DNA of 64,000 nt from Naegleria gruberi (lineage: Eukaryota). Under the pieces are notes generated by a model. The model was given only the letters and a program-made list of their open reading frames with translations. It did no database searches and was not told the origin of the DNA. The DNA is taken from NCBI GenBank assembly GCA_000004985.1, contig GG738899.1; one strand, given 5' to 3'. Shown here in pieces: positions 10,414 to 21,100 of this stretch; the stretch's first letter is position 1; the number at the start of each line of letters is the position of its first letter. Made by a program: the position numbers and the translations under genes.

Positions 10414-13203
10414 TTAATTTTTGATATCCATTTCAGAGAACATGTCTATTTCATCCCAATTTGAGTTTTCGACATTTTCTTCCTCTTGCAGTATCTTTGA
10501 AAGATTACTTTCTTTTGGAGGTTCTTCTTCTTGTGGTGCAGTTGGCAGAGTTGGTTCTGGTTTCACTTGACTCTGTGTAATCTTTGATTTTGGAGGTTTT
10601 CTTTTACCACCTCTTGATGATGGGCTAGCTGTTGTTTTTGTTGTTCCAGCAGTTGGTTTTGGTGAAGTTTGGACAGTTTTAGGTGTGCTTTCTTGTTCCT
10701 TTGAGAAATCTTTGAAGAAATCTTCTTCCTCATCGTGTGGTGTGTATGAATCATCTTCCATACTATCAAATCCAAGACCCTTCTTCTTCTTTTGGGAGGA
10801 GCTGGCTGAACTTGGAGATGGTTGAGGGTTGTTTTGCACAATTGTTGTTTCTTGTGGAATAGCTTTAACTGTTTCAACAACTTGAACAGACTTTTCTTCA
10901 TCATCTGACCAATTCTTCCATTCCTCGTCTTCGCTGTGGGCTGGACTAGAATGGGATTGAGTCTGTTGAGCTACAGCTTCAATAGACTTGTTGGATGCTG
11001 TTTTGATTAATTGTAGTCTTGATTGTTGTTGAGATTCTACTTGAGCTTCAGGTGTCTTCTCTTGTGGTTGAGGATTGAATTCTTTCTTGACAACTGCTGG
11101 GGAAGACGGTGGAGTATTTTCAGTAGAACGTCCACCTTCATCTATTGAAGATTTTGATTGTTGATCACTTTCAGAGAATTGGATTACATGTTTTGGAGAT
11201 TGACCAGAGAAGATTTCAACTCGAACAAGTTCTTTTTGAGATTGTGGAGGGAAGAATGGTGTAACATTTGTAATACCATCATTTGCTGAGGTAATCATTC
11301 CTAAATTACATCGGGAAAGATCAGATTCTGACAAGTACTCTAATGCAACTTTCATTACTTGGGTAGCTTTTGATCTGACTTGTTCCTTTTCATGGAGAGT
11401 TAATGGAAGTACAGGTTTCATTACATAGGTCATGAGTTCTCTTGGATCAAATCTCGACATGTGAATTAAAATTACATTCAAAGCGTGTACTTTGAGTTCT
11501 GAAATATCCTTATCAAACAAGTTAGAGTGTAAAGCTGTTAAAATTATTCCCTTATTGGCTCCAGGTAAATTCCATAATTCCAAAAGGCATAAAAGAGCAT
11601 GAGATCTCAAAGCAATAACACTTTCAATGGCTTTTTCCTTATCAACTTCTTGGCCAATTCTAGGGAATGAGTTTTGTACAGCATAATGATGAAGGGAAGG
11701 AAGGAATTGATTATTAATAATTTCTATTCCAGTGGTGGATTGAGTAGATTGATCAAGTTTGGAAAGGTACTTGGAGAAGGCTACACAGGCATTCATAGTG
11801 AACATGACAAGTTCATTACTAGAGTCTTTGATGGCCTTCATTATTTCTGGAATAACTTCTGAAATGGCTACACTAGGAGGAATTTGATTTTGATAATATT
11901 CCAAGGTTTGAAGTATCCTAATTCTTAAACTATAATTCTTACTAATATAACATTTACGAATAAAAGTAAGAATGTGCTCATCGTAATCCTTGCCAGATAA
12001 GATACCATCAATTCCTCTCTTGGATGACTCTTTAGCTGAGAACAAGTGAGCCAAAAAGGTACCTGAGGCAGGCTCTGTAACGAACGGAAGAGTTGTCATT
12101 CTTGGCAAAATTCTCTTTTTAAAAAGTGAAAGAGACAATTTGTTAACTTGGCTCTTGAGTTCCTTAAAGAAAGATTCCTTTTCAGATGCCTTTTTCAATC
12201 TCATATCATCAAAGAATAGCATAATGCTACAGAGTGGATCTTGTTCAAAAAGTTTCAGTTTTAAAAAGCTGGCAAAGGTAGCTCTTGATTGAGGTTCACT
12301 TTCAAGTGCCTTTGACATCCAAAATTTGATGGCTGGTAATTTCAAAAAAGATTGATAGTTAACTTCGTTAGGAACGTTATTCTTCTTGCAGCTTTCTTCA
12401 ATTTCTGCGAATATCTTGGATACTAATTTTTCAAAAGCATATACATCTCTACATGTACTTGTATATTTTTGGAATTTCTTCATTCCTTCTTCTGGAGTAA
12501 TAGTTTCAGAGTATCTAATTTCCTTAGTATTTTCGTAAAAATCCTTATCAATATTACTAAATTCCATAGCAAATTGGAAATCACCAAGCATCCACCTCAT
12601 TTGTTTATCTTTTGTCACATAAACAGAATCCAAATGAACATTATTAAATGTAATTTGGCATTGATCGTTCAAAAAATTGAGAGCACTCTGAAAAAGATGT
12701 GAGATGACTATTCAAACTAAAATACTCACAGATATTTGAAGTAATCCCAACAAAATTTCCGACATTTCCAATGATGGCAAAACAGATCTGAGGGGTACAA
12801 CAGGCTCTGTAGCTATATAAAAGTGTGAATTATTCAACTCAATGTCATCAACATATTTCAAAATTGATGGATGTCTAAGAGTTTTTAAAAACTTCATTCC
12901 TCTTCTAGCACACTCAATAATTGTTTTTGCAGGTTCCTCATCCAATGGTGAAATTTTAGTTTTTGGCTTTTCCGCAGTTTGATTATCATTTTCATTCTTT
13001 TGTTGTCTCAAAATCTTTGGTAAATCTTTAGCTTGTTTATCCGTTAATTCAAATTCAAAAACAGAAACATTTCTATTATCACTTTGAACATTCTTCTGAA
13101 AAACACCATCATATAATTTCCAAAATTTAAATCTCTTATCCGTATCAACCAATGGAACTGGTTGGAGGGATGAAAACTTTTGTGAGACGTTAGAATTTCC
13201 CAT
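10414..13203 (-). CDS. SCYL1: SCY1-like pseudokinase (N-terminal kinase-like protein, SCYL1-type). Exon 1 12730..13203 (ATG 13203), intron 12688..12729 (GTGAGT...CAG, 42 bp), exon 2 10414..12687; about 915 aa.
   Basis: The N-terminal exon ...VSVFEFEL...GMKFLKTLRHPSILKYVDDIELNNSHFYIATEPVVPL...SEILLGLLQIS joins SALNFLNDQCQITFNNVHLDSVYVTKDKQMRWMLGDFQFAMEF. This matches the SCYL1 pattern (RLKTLRHPNILAYIDGLE...VTEAVTPL...[33 protein letters not shown]). It is followed by a HEAT-like region and an acidic S/T/P-rich tail. The splice is phase-consistent with both ORF-track frames. Confidence 0.75.
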
Positions 13204-13450
13204 CTTGTTGATTGTGATGATGAAAAAAGCCTTCGGAAAAGTAAGCTTTCACCTTGTTGGTGTTTTATTTTTTTAAATAATAATAAAATTAATCGTTGTT
13301 ACAGTATGATGTAATATTGCTTCTAATTAGAAGGTTACAGTTATTAGAAATGTTGTTGTTTGATTGTAAAATAATAATCAAAATACTATAGTAATTTTAA
13401 TTAAATATATTAAATTATTAAAAAATTTGTCGCAATATTAAATTGGATCC

Positions 13451-13957
13451 ATGAACAAGCCTTCCTTGTTGCAAATTTTGTTCAAACGTCATTCGGTGGG
13501 AACTCTCAAACCAACCCGTTCGTTGTTGGATCAGTGGATTGGAAAATTCTCTGAAAAGATTCATGATAAAGTTTGGAATCAATGGTTTACAGTTTCATCA
13601 ATTTACAAGACACAATTAATGTTCGGAAATGTTGAATCTCTTGAGGATGGAAAATATGAGAAGCAAGTTATGAAGGAAAGATTATTATTCTATCAAAAAC
13701 AAAAACGATTATTATTAAAGAAGGCTAAGGAAAGATATCAGGAACAACTTTTGATGGATGAGCTAGCTGTTCTCAATGCAGATATATTTGATGAAATTGA
13801 TAGAAAATATAGAAAGAAAACTCTTGGTGATAGAGTTGAATTTTGGAAGTTGTTTTTCAAGTACTTGTTCACAAAGAAGGAGAAACCATTATTATTGCTT
13901 TCCGATGTCAAGGATTATGATAAATATGCAGAGGAATTCAAGATTAAATCATCATAA
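13451..13957 (+). CDS. Hypothetical basic 168-aa protein; possibly a small mitochondrial or ribosome-associated protein, family unassigned.
   Basis: Clean ATG-initiated ORF, K/R-rich and coiled-coil-like (KQKRLLLKKAKERYQEQLLMDELAVLNADIF). No diagnostic motif recognised. Confidence 0.4.
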   Translation: MNKPSLLQILFKRHSVGTLKPTRSLLDQWIGKFSEKIHDKVWNQWFTVSSIYKTQLMFGNVESLEDGKYEKQVMKERLLFYQKQKRLLLKKAKERYQEQLLMDELAVLNADIFDEIDRKYRKKTLGDRVEFWKLFFKYLFTKKEKPLLLLSDVKDYDKYAEEFKIKSS

Positions 13958-14036
13958 CAATTTAATTTGTGTTTTGGAATGAAAAGAATAATTCAGATTG
14001 AGTGTAATAACTAAAGGAGAAAGAGAAGAACATGTT

Positions 14037-15176
14037 TTATGAAGCAGTTTCTATGGTCAAATCAATAAAAAAGGAAGATCTATCATTGAGCAAGTTCTTA
14101 AAGTTATCATTGAGTTTTTTCTTTTTAGACGAGTTCTTTTTTGCCATACTAACCAATGAAAAGCCATGTCCATATTTCACATCTATAAAGTTGAATCTTT
14201 CCAACAGTTCACTCAAATATTCATGTACTGTTGAGCTATTGTATTTTGGCTCTTTTAGACCTAACTGATTATTTTGGTTAGCTCCACAACAATAAATCTT
14301 ATTATTCTGTTTATCAATCTCAAAATATGATAAATAGGAAGGTAGAATCTCAAAGGTAGATTCTTTAAATTGACTTAAATCAGTTGAATAACCATGACTA
14401 TAATAAGATTTTGCGGTTCCATCCTTCAAGTTCTTGATTTTAAAGCAACTGGCTGAAATTAGATCATAAAATACATAATTTGGAGAATTCAATGTTTCTA
14501 TCCAAGCAGAACCAGAATAAATAAATATTCTTCCATTTTTAGTGGTAAAGGCAAATGAATCCATTGATCCAAGCGCAATTTCTGAAATTTCAGAATATCC
14601 AAATCGTTGTAAAACATCAAATTCCTGTATTCTACCCTCGCAATTCAAAACAATAAACCTCTTATCAATTACAGTCAATATAGTATTTTCAAAAGTCTCT
14701 AAATGTGTGAATTTTTCTTGACCAGGTTTTAAACTCAGTTCCTTGAATGGAATAAACCATGATGATTTAATGGTTTTCCCTTTTCCACAATCATATTCTC
14801 CAGATATCATAATTTTTTTCCAATCATTGCAAATAAGTACTGAATGATTTCTTCCACAAGCAAACTCATTCACACAAAACGTTTTCACAACTACTTGTTC
14901 ACACTTTTCCTTTTTTTTCTTTCTATTCTTATCTGGATTCAATCTTTCCTCCTTTCTTTTATCTTTCCTCCTCTCCTTCTTATTCTTAATTTCATATGAA
15001 ACATTACTTTTCGAAACTCTTGTATTCAAATTATCCTCCATAATCTCACCAATATCAAATAGACATGGATTCCATGCCGAGACGTTTTTAGCCTTTGAAG
15101 AACATGCACATTGTCCCTTGGAATTTCCTCCGAATGAAAATAATTCACCAAATTTTGCTAATTTAATAATCATCAT
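14037..15176 (-). CDS. RCC1-repeat (beta-propeller) protein, 379 aa; upstream exons not excluded.
   Basis: Repeated RCC1-like blades: ELFSFGGNSKGQC, CGRNHSVLI, IYCCGANQNNQLG, KYGHGFSLV, with a lysine-rich insert. Confidence 0.5.
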   Translation of the reverse strand: MMIIKLAKFGELFSFGGNSKGQCACSSKAKNVSAWNPCLFDIGEIMEDNLNTRVSKSNVSYEIKNKKERRKDKRKEERLNPDKNRKKKKEKCEQVVVKTFCVNEFACGRNHSVLICNDWKKIMISGEYDCGKGKTIKSSWFIPFKELSLKPGQEKFTHLETFENTILTVIDKRFIVLNCEGRIQEFDVLQRFGYSEISEIALGSMDSFAFTTKNGRIFIYSGSAWIETLNSPNYVFYDLISASCFKIKNLKDGTAKSYYSHGYSTDLSQFKESTFEILPSYLSYFEIDKQNNKIYCCGANQNNQLGLKEPKYNSSTVHEYLSELLERFNFIDVKYGHGFSLVSMAKKNSSKKKKLNDNFKNLLNDRSSFFIDLTIETAS

Positions 15177-15603
15177 TCATCATTTAATTGTATACTAACA
15201 TTTCATCATTATGTGATTAACTCCACATTTGACATCAAAAATAATTATATCCGATGGTAGACTTGGTAATTTACAAAAACTTGTAGAATGCCATACTTGA
15301 CTATTGTGACCACTTATCTTTTGATGATTTAGTATAAATTAAATTGTTGTTGTGGTATATATTTCTACCTACATAGAAAGCAAGCTCTTCCCCTTCATTA
15401 CTTGTTGACATTTTTTTCAGTTCCAAAATTGAATTTTTATTATTATCTTGTTGTAAAGTTAAGAATACAAATAATGAAGGATGCATTGACTATGGTAATG
15501 TAAAAGTATCATCCAAAATGCTAATGAAACATAAAAAAGGAGGAACTCCATATGAATAGAATGTATTGTTGCTATAAAGAAGTTATTTTCATCATGAATA
15601 ACA

Positions 15604-15675
15604 TCCCGTGTAGTCCAATGGCTAGGATACCTGGCTTTCACCCAGGAGGTCCGGGTTCAATTACCGGCATGGGAG
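15604..15675 (+). tRNA. tRNA-Glu (anticodon UUC), 72 nt.
   Basis: Acceptor stem TCCCGTG/CATGGGA (one G-U pair). Anticodon stem CCTGG/CCAGG with loop CTTTCAC (TTC). T arm CCGGG-TTCAATT-ACCGG, which has an A where the stem-closing C61 is expected. The anticodon position is anchored by ORF 15459..15641. Overall close to eukaryotic tRNA-Glu(UUC). Confidence 0.65.
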
Positions 15676-15792
15676 GATAATTTTAAACTTTTGGAAATCA
15701 ATCCTCAAGGAATCCGCTTGTTGATGACTTTATTAAGGGTGATGATTCATCAAAGCAGAATCTTATAAACTAAGAATTTACTCCATTAATGT

Positions 15793-16332
15793 TTAAATAT
15801 TGGATTCAAATACTCGTCTCTTCTCTAGTTTTGCCTTTCCGAATTCAATCACATATCCCACAGATTTAATCTGATTCAACAACAACAAGACAAACGACAT
15901 TGAATTCAAAATAAGATGGGAGGTGCCAGCAAAAGGACCAAGATAAAAACAAGAATGCACAAAAGCAACAAAATTAACAAGGCTGTACATAAACATTCCA
16001 AGTGGATCTCTGGTTGCCATCGAATAAAAACCACATGCAACTCCAGCCATAGATAACAAGAGGATCCATACCGGTTGGGAGGTGTTAAACAAAAACAATA
16101 CTGACAATACAAAAATTAAGAACAGTTGGAATGAAAACATATTTGCCAAGTTTGCCAAATTAGCTGGTCTGTTGTATTGCTTTTTCTGTACCACTTCAAT
16201 AAATTGTTCAATGTACTTTGCGAACATATCATAGAGTGGAGTTTCGCTGTGGTTAGTGGTATTGTTATTCATTTCTCCAATAGGTGCTGAAGGTGATGCT
16301 TCCAATGTTTGATGAGCTTCGGAATTGTTCAT
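15793..16332 (-). CDS. Hypothetical small multi-pass membrane protein (179 aa).
   Basis: ATG ORF with an N-rich N-terminus and 3-4 hydrophobic helices (FQLFLIFVLSVLFLF, VWILLLSMAGVACGFY, LVNFVAFVHSCFYLGPFA, MSFVLLLL). No family motif recognised. Confidence 0.4.
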   Translation of the reverse strand: MNNSEAHQTLEASPSAPIGEMNNNTTNHSETPLYDMFAKYIEQFIEVVQKKQYNRPANLANLANMFSFQLFLIFVLSVLFLFNTSQPVWILLLSMAGVACGFYSMATRDPLGMFMYSLVNFVAFVHSCFYLGPFAGTSHLILNSMSFVLLLLNQIKSVGYVIEFGKAKLEKRRVFESNI

Positions 16333-16647
16333 TTGTTTTTTAATAGAGATGTGTTCTTTACTGCAACGTGTTTTTTATGTGACATAATTATATCTTCCTT
16401 TTCAAAAGTCTCCGCTTCACTAAATTACAGTTGCTTTTCAAGCTTATTCGTCATGTCAACTATTTTCTTAAGCTTAACATTCTCTGGTTGTGTTATATTA
16501 TTGTAACGTGGTAATGAAAGCTAGTCTATTGCTCATTCATATCCTGTGTTTAGCTGTTTATTAGAGAGTCAACCAATTCCTTAATAGCTTCAATGCTACC
16601 AAGTTATCGTTGATGATATATTAGAACACGATTAGTTTTTGAACAAA

Positions 16648-16657
16648 ACACGTGTTT
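16648..16657. promoter_or_regulatory. ACACGTGT (E-box/G-box-like palindrome) promoter-proximal motif, copy 1; about 80 bp upstream of the SPFH gene ATG. A second partial copy AACAAAACGTGTT lies 20 bp downstream.
   Basis: AACACGTGTTTC. The same core recurs at 43464..43472 and 63334..63343, in each case 30-80 bp upstream of an ATG. Confidence 0.35.
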
Positions 16658-16734
16658 CTGAAATTGGAACAAAACGTGTTATTGGGTTCTTTAAAGTTCA
16701 ACAGCAGCAATTTTGATTTCAACAACAATAAAAA

Positions 16735-17775
16735 ATGTCACAAGAACTTGTAGCCTTGGAAGCAGCCTATCAATACATCTATTTATTCGGAGGAGGTATT
16801 TTAGCCTTCATTGTATTGAGAATTATATTGAATTGTATAATAACAGTCTCAACGAATGAAGTTGTTCTAGTTGAATATTTGGGAAAGTATTCGAGAACAT
16901 TAACGAGTGGTTTTCATATTCTTCTTCCGTTTGTAGAATCAGTGAAGGAAGTAACTTGGATAAGAACCATTGAAGATACTCTAACAAGAAGAACTAAATT
17001 GAGTACAGTTAGAACAGGTAGAATTTCAACATCAGAAGTAATGTTTGATTTTCCTGCATTGGATGTCAGTACAAAGGATAGAATTATTGCCAAAGTCAAT
17101 GGTATTATGTTTTTCAAAATTGTTAATCCATATAAGGCAGTTTATGAAATTTCTGATTTGTATCAATCGATGGAACAATTAGTTTATACTTCAATGAGAG
17201 ATGCCATTTCAAAGATTACACTCGATGAAGCTATTGAAGGTAAATCTACAATCAAAGCTTCTATTCATGAAGATTTTAAAGGATTGGAAAATTCTTGGGG
17301 AGTTAAATTGACCAAATTTGATATTCAATCAATTGAAGCTCCAGAATCTATTCAAAAGAGTATTGAGAAATTAGTTTCAGCCCAAAGAGAAGCCCAAGCC
17401 GAATTGGAAAAAACACGTGCCTTACAAGAAGCTAAAAAGCTCAAAATTCAAACAGAACAAGAAATTCAATTACTGGAATGTGACGCCAAGAATAAGCGAA
17501 ACATTATGGAAGCCAACACTGAAGCACAAGTTTTGAAAGCAAAGGCAGAATCAGAAGCTATGAATATTGAAAAGATGGCAAAAGCTGAAGCTATCTATTT
17601 GGAAAAAATTCTTTCAGTTAAAGGTATTTCACAAGAATATTTACTTCAAAAGGAATACACCAAGTCAATTGAGCATTTAGCAAAGTCAGGAAATAGAACA
17701 TTTATAATTCCATTCGAAAGTGCAAAATATTTTGGCATGAACAATGTTTCCTCTCTTCAAGAAGTTCAACAATAA
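16735..17775 (+). CDS. SPFH/band-7 domain protein (stomatin/prohibitin/HflK-like) with an N-terminal TM anchor and a C-terminal coiled coil.
   Basis: N-terminal hydrophobic anchor, then the SPFH core (VVLVEYLGKYSRTLTSGFHILLPFVESV...IMFFKIVNPYKAVYEISD...) and an A/E/K-rich coiled coil. Confidence 0.7.
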   Translation: MSQELVALEAAYQYIYLFGGGILAFIVLRIILNCIITVSTNEVVLVEYLGKYSRTLTSGFHILLPFVESVKEVTWIRTIEDTLTRRTKLSTVRTGRISTSEVMFDFPALDVSTKDRIIAKVNGIMFFKIVNPYKAVYEISDLYQSMEQLVYTSMRDAISKITLDEAIEGKSTIKASIHEDFKGLENSWGVKLTKFDIQSIEAPESIQKSIEKLVSAQREAQAELEKTRALQEAKKLKIQTEQEIQLLECDAKNKRNIMEANTEAQVLKAKAESEAMNIEKMAKAEAIYLEKILSVKGISQEYLLQKEYTKSIEHLAKSGNRTFIIPFESAKYFGMNNVSSLQEVQQ

Positions 17776-18138
17776 CTTTCATATTCTCTTTAATAATACT
17801 ATTGGACTGCGTTTGTTTCTCAAGAGGTTATTTCTATCTTTGAATATTTAATTGTTGGTATAAACTAAATATTGTAGTTGTTTTGTAACATTAAATACAA
17901 TTGTGGCCCAAAGTACCATGTATTGGTGAACTTGGTTGAAATTATAGAAAAGCATCTTGTTTAGAAATATTCGAAATTAACCTAAAACCATACATCCTTA
18001 CTCAAAAGGAGAGACATTGAAAAATAAACAAGGGGTTTGGTTACTTGTTAAAAACATGGTTCGATATAGTTGACCACCACAACATGGCACATAATTTCGA
18101 AAGAACAGAAGAAACCATCTCTTTAAAAAACAAACAAG

Positions 18139-21100
18139 ATGCCAGAAGTAATTACCAGCAGCACTGTTGGTAGAACAGCTTTCGGTCCCAACCTTTCCTT
18201 GTTGAAGGTAAGTTATTACTCATTTACATCTCGCAGTAATTTTTTTTTGACTTTCTAATAACAAACAAACTAAGAACTTCAAAATGAACATGTTGAAAAT
18301 AATATATAGGGTGGTACAATCTCTCAAACAATTGTTGGTTTAATAGTTTCTGCTTCTGTTGTTGCCTCTCTCGTTGTTACCATTGTAATGATTAGTGTTG
18401 GTGCAGGTGTTCAAAATCCAACATTGAAACCAGACTATTATGAACTTTACAAAAAGACACCATCAAAACTCTATCCTCTTCTCAATGATATTGATCCAAG
18501 AGGTGGTAATTTGACAATTTTAAATGTTACTCAACCATTACATGGTAAAGCTGTGTTATCTTCTGCTGGCATGGTTATTTATACAAGTATTGGTTCTTAT
18601 GCTGGTAATGATACTTTCGAATATTCGGTTACTAATGGATGGACAACTGCGACTGAACATGTTTATCTTAGTATTTTGAATCGTGCTCCAGAAGTAGTTG
18701 ACATGACATATACTGTTAATAAGAATTCAAAGAAAAATTCATTTGATTTATTTGGATATGAAAGTGAAATGGGTGCTAAAATTAAGGATATTGACGGTGA
18801 TGATTTATCTATTACTGACATTATTCTAGTTTCTCCTAATGTTGGTAGTTTAATCTCATTCGATCAAAATTACTTGTACTATACTCCTGCTTATGGTTTT
18901 AATAATATTGAATTACTTAACTATACAATCTCAGATGGTTATGCCAATGTTTCAGGTGTCATTACTATTAATGTTGCCAATGATAAACCAACAGCTGAAC
19001 CTGACACTTATACCATTACAAAGAATGCTTTGGGTACTTTTAATATTCTAGATAATGATTTTGATATTAATGGTGATAACATTTCAATTACCACTGCTGG
19101 TTTAGGTTCATCTGGTGTTGTTTTAATTTCCTCTGATAATTCAAATATCGAATATATTCCAAAGCCATTTGTAGCTCCATATACTGATGCTTTTGAATAT
19201 GAAATCACTGATGGAGCTTTGACAAGTTCTAGTTATGTTTTTGTAAAGATTGTCAATTCTCCTCCAACTGTTTCTGATAAGGTTTTCAATGTTGCAAAGA
19301 ATTCAAAGAATAATCTTTTAGATTTGACATTCTCTGATCCAGATGTACTTGATACTGTTACCTTGACAGCTGTTAGTAAGCTTGCTCGTGGTAATTCCTC
19401 ATTGTCTGTTACTAGCTCAATGGCATCTGTTTATTATCCAACAGGTGACTTTTTACAAGTTAAGAAGAATTTGTACTCTCTTGTTTATACACCAGATCAA
19501 GGTGTTATTTATACTGATTCCTTTAAGGTCAAAGTTAGTGATGGTGTGGATGTTGCTTATGCCACCATTACTATTAATGTAGTTCCTTCTCCTCCTGTTC
19601 CTGTTAATGATACTGTCACTTGTCAAAAGAATGGACAAGTCTCTCTTGATGTTATCAGTAATGATTATAGTGCTTCTGGTGATGTTTTGAAATTGAATTT
19701 TGCATCATCTACTTCCAATTTTGGTGGTAAACTTGTTAAGATTGATGATAATAATGTAAAATATGAGCCAGCTAAAGGATTCCTTGGTCAAGATGAAGCT
19801 CAATACATTGTTATTAACACTAACACTGATGGATCTAGTGAAGGTACTTTCAATAGAGAGGGATATGTTCTTGTTAATGTTGTGAACTCACCTCCAGTTG
19901 CTGTTCCATTAACTTTGACAGTTTCAAAGGGTTTGACAAGTGCTCTTAATTTATTAAGAGATAGTTATGATCCAAATGGTGATTCTATTAATTATAATAG
20001 TATTGCTAAGAGTACTTATGGAGTTTCATTGTCCTTCACTTCTGGTAATGCAAATGTTAATTATGCTGCCTTGTCATCTGTCTACGTTGATTATGTTGAC
20101 TTTACTGTTGTTGATATTGATGGAGCTATTTCACAAGTTGCTACAGCTACCATTAACGTTGTTAATGATGCTCCTGTTCCAGTTGATGATACTGCTGCTG
20201 TTTCTTGGAATAGAAGTATTGTCATTGATGTTTTGGCAAATGACAAGGATGTTAATGGTGATTCTCTAAGTGTTAAGAGTGTTAGTTATACTTCTAATAA
20301 TGGTGCAACTGTTACTGTTCATCAAGGTGGTAAAACTGTTCTCTACACTCCAAAGGATGGATTTGTAGGAAATGATACCTTCTCCTATGTTTGTTTTGAT
20401 GGAATTGATTCATCTGTCACTTCTGGATTGGTGACAGTTGTTGTTAGTAATACTGCTCCATCTACTTCTCCAGTTACTGTTAGTGTTCATTGGAGAGATT
20501 CTTCAGTTATTATTCCAGTATTGACCTATGCCAGTGATATTGATGGTGATTCTCTTCATGTTGAATCTTTCACACAAGGATCAAAGGGATCTGTTTCACG
20601 TGTTACACTTACTGATGGTACAGATGGTTTGCAATTTACTACTTCTGGGTCAAATAACTATGTTGGAAGTGATTCTTTTACTTTTGTTGTTAGTGATTAT
20701 GGTAAATCAAGTGTTGGAAGTGTCAACATTCAAATTACTGACACTGCTCCTGTTGCCAATGCTGATTCATTCTCAATGCATTGGAGATCAACTGATAATG
20801 TTTTATCTGTTCTTGCTAATGATGTCGATGCTAATATTGATCCAATTACTGTCAAATCATTTACTAAACCACAAGGTTTTACTGGAACACTTGTCAATGT
20901 TAATTCTCATTTGACATTTACACCAAGTGCTTCAAGTGTTGGTACTCAAACATTTACTTACACTGCTACTGATGGTCCATCAACAAGTAATGATGCTACT
21001 GTCACATTAACTGTTACCAATAAGGATATTCCACAAGATAAGACAATTTCCAAGACTGTTCACTGGTCAACTCAATCAACTGGTACTACTATTACCATTT

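Noticed and set aside
10563-10904. 113-aa ORF (and its twin 8198..8461) containing RRRVLDLIVWK.
   Set aside because: These are alternate frames of the SCYL1 acidic tail and of its pseudogene copy. They were useful only as evidence of the duplication.
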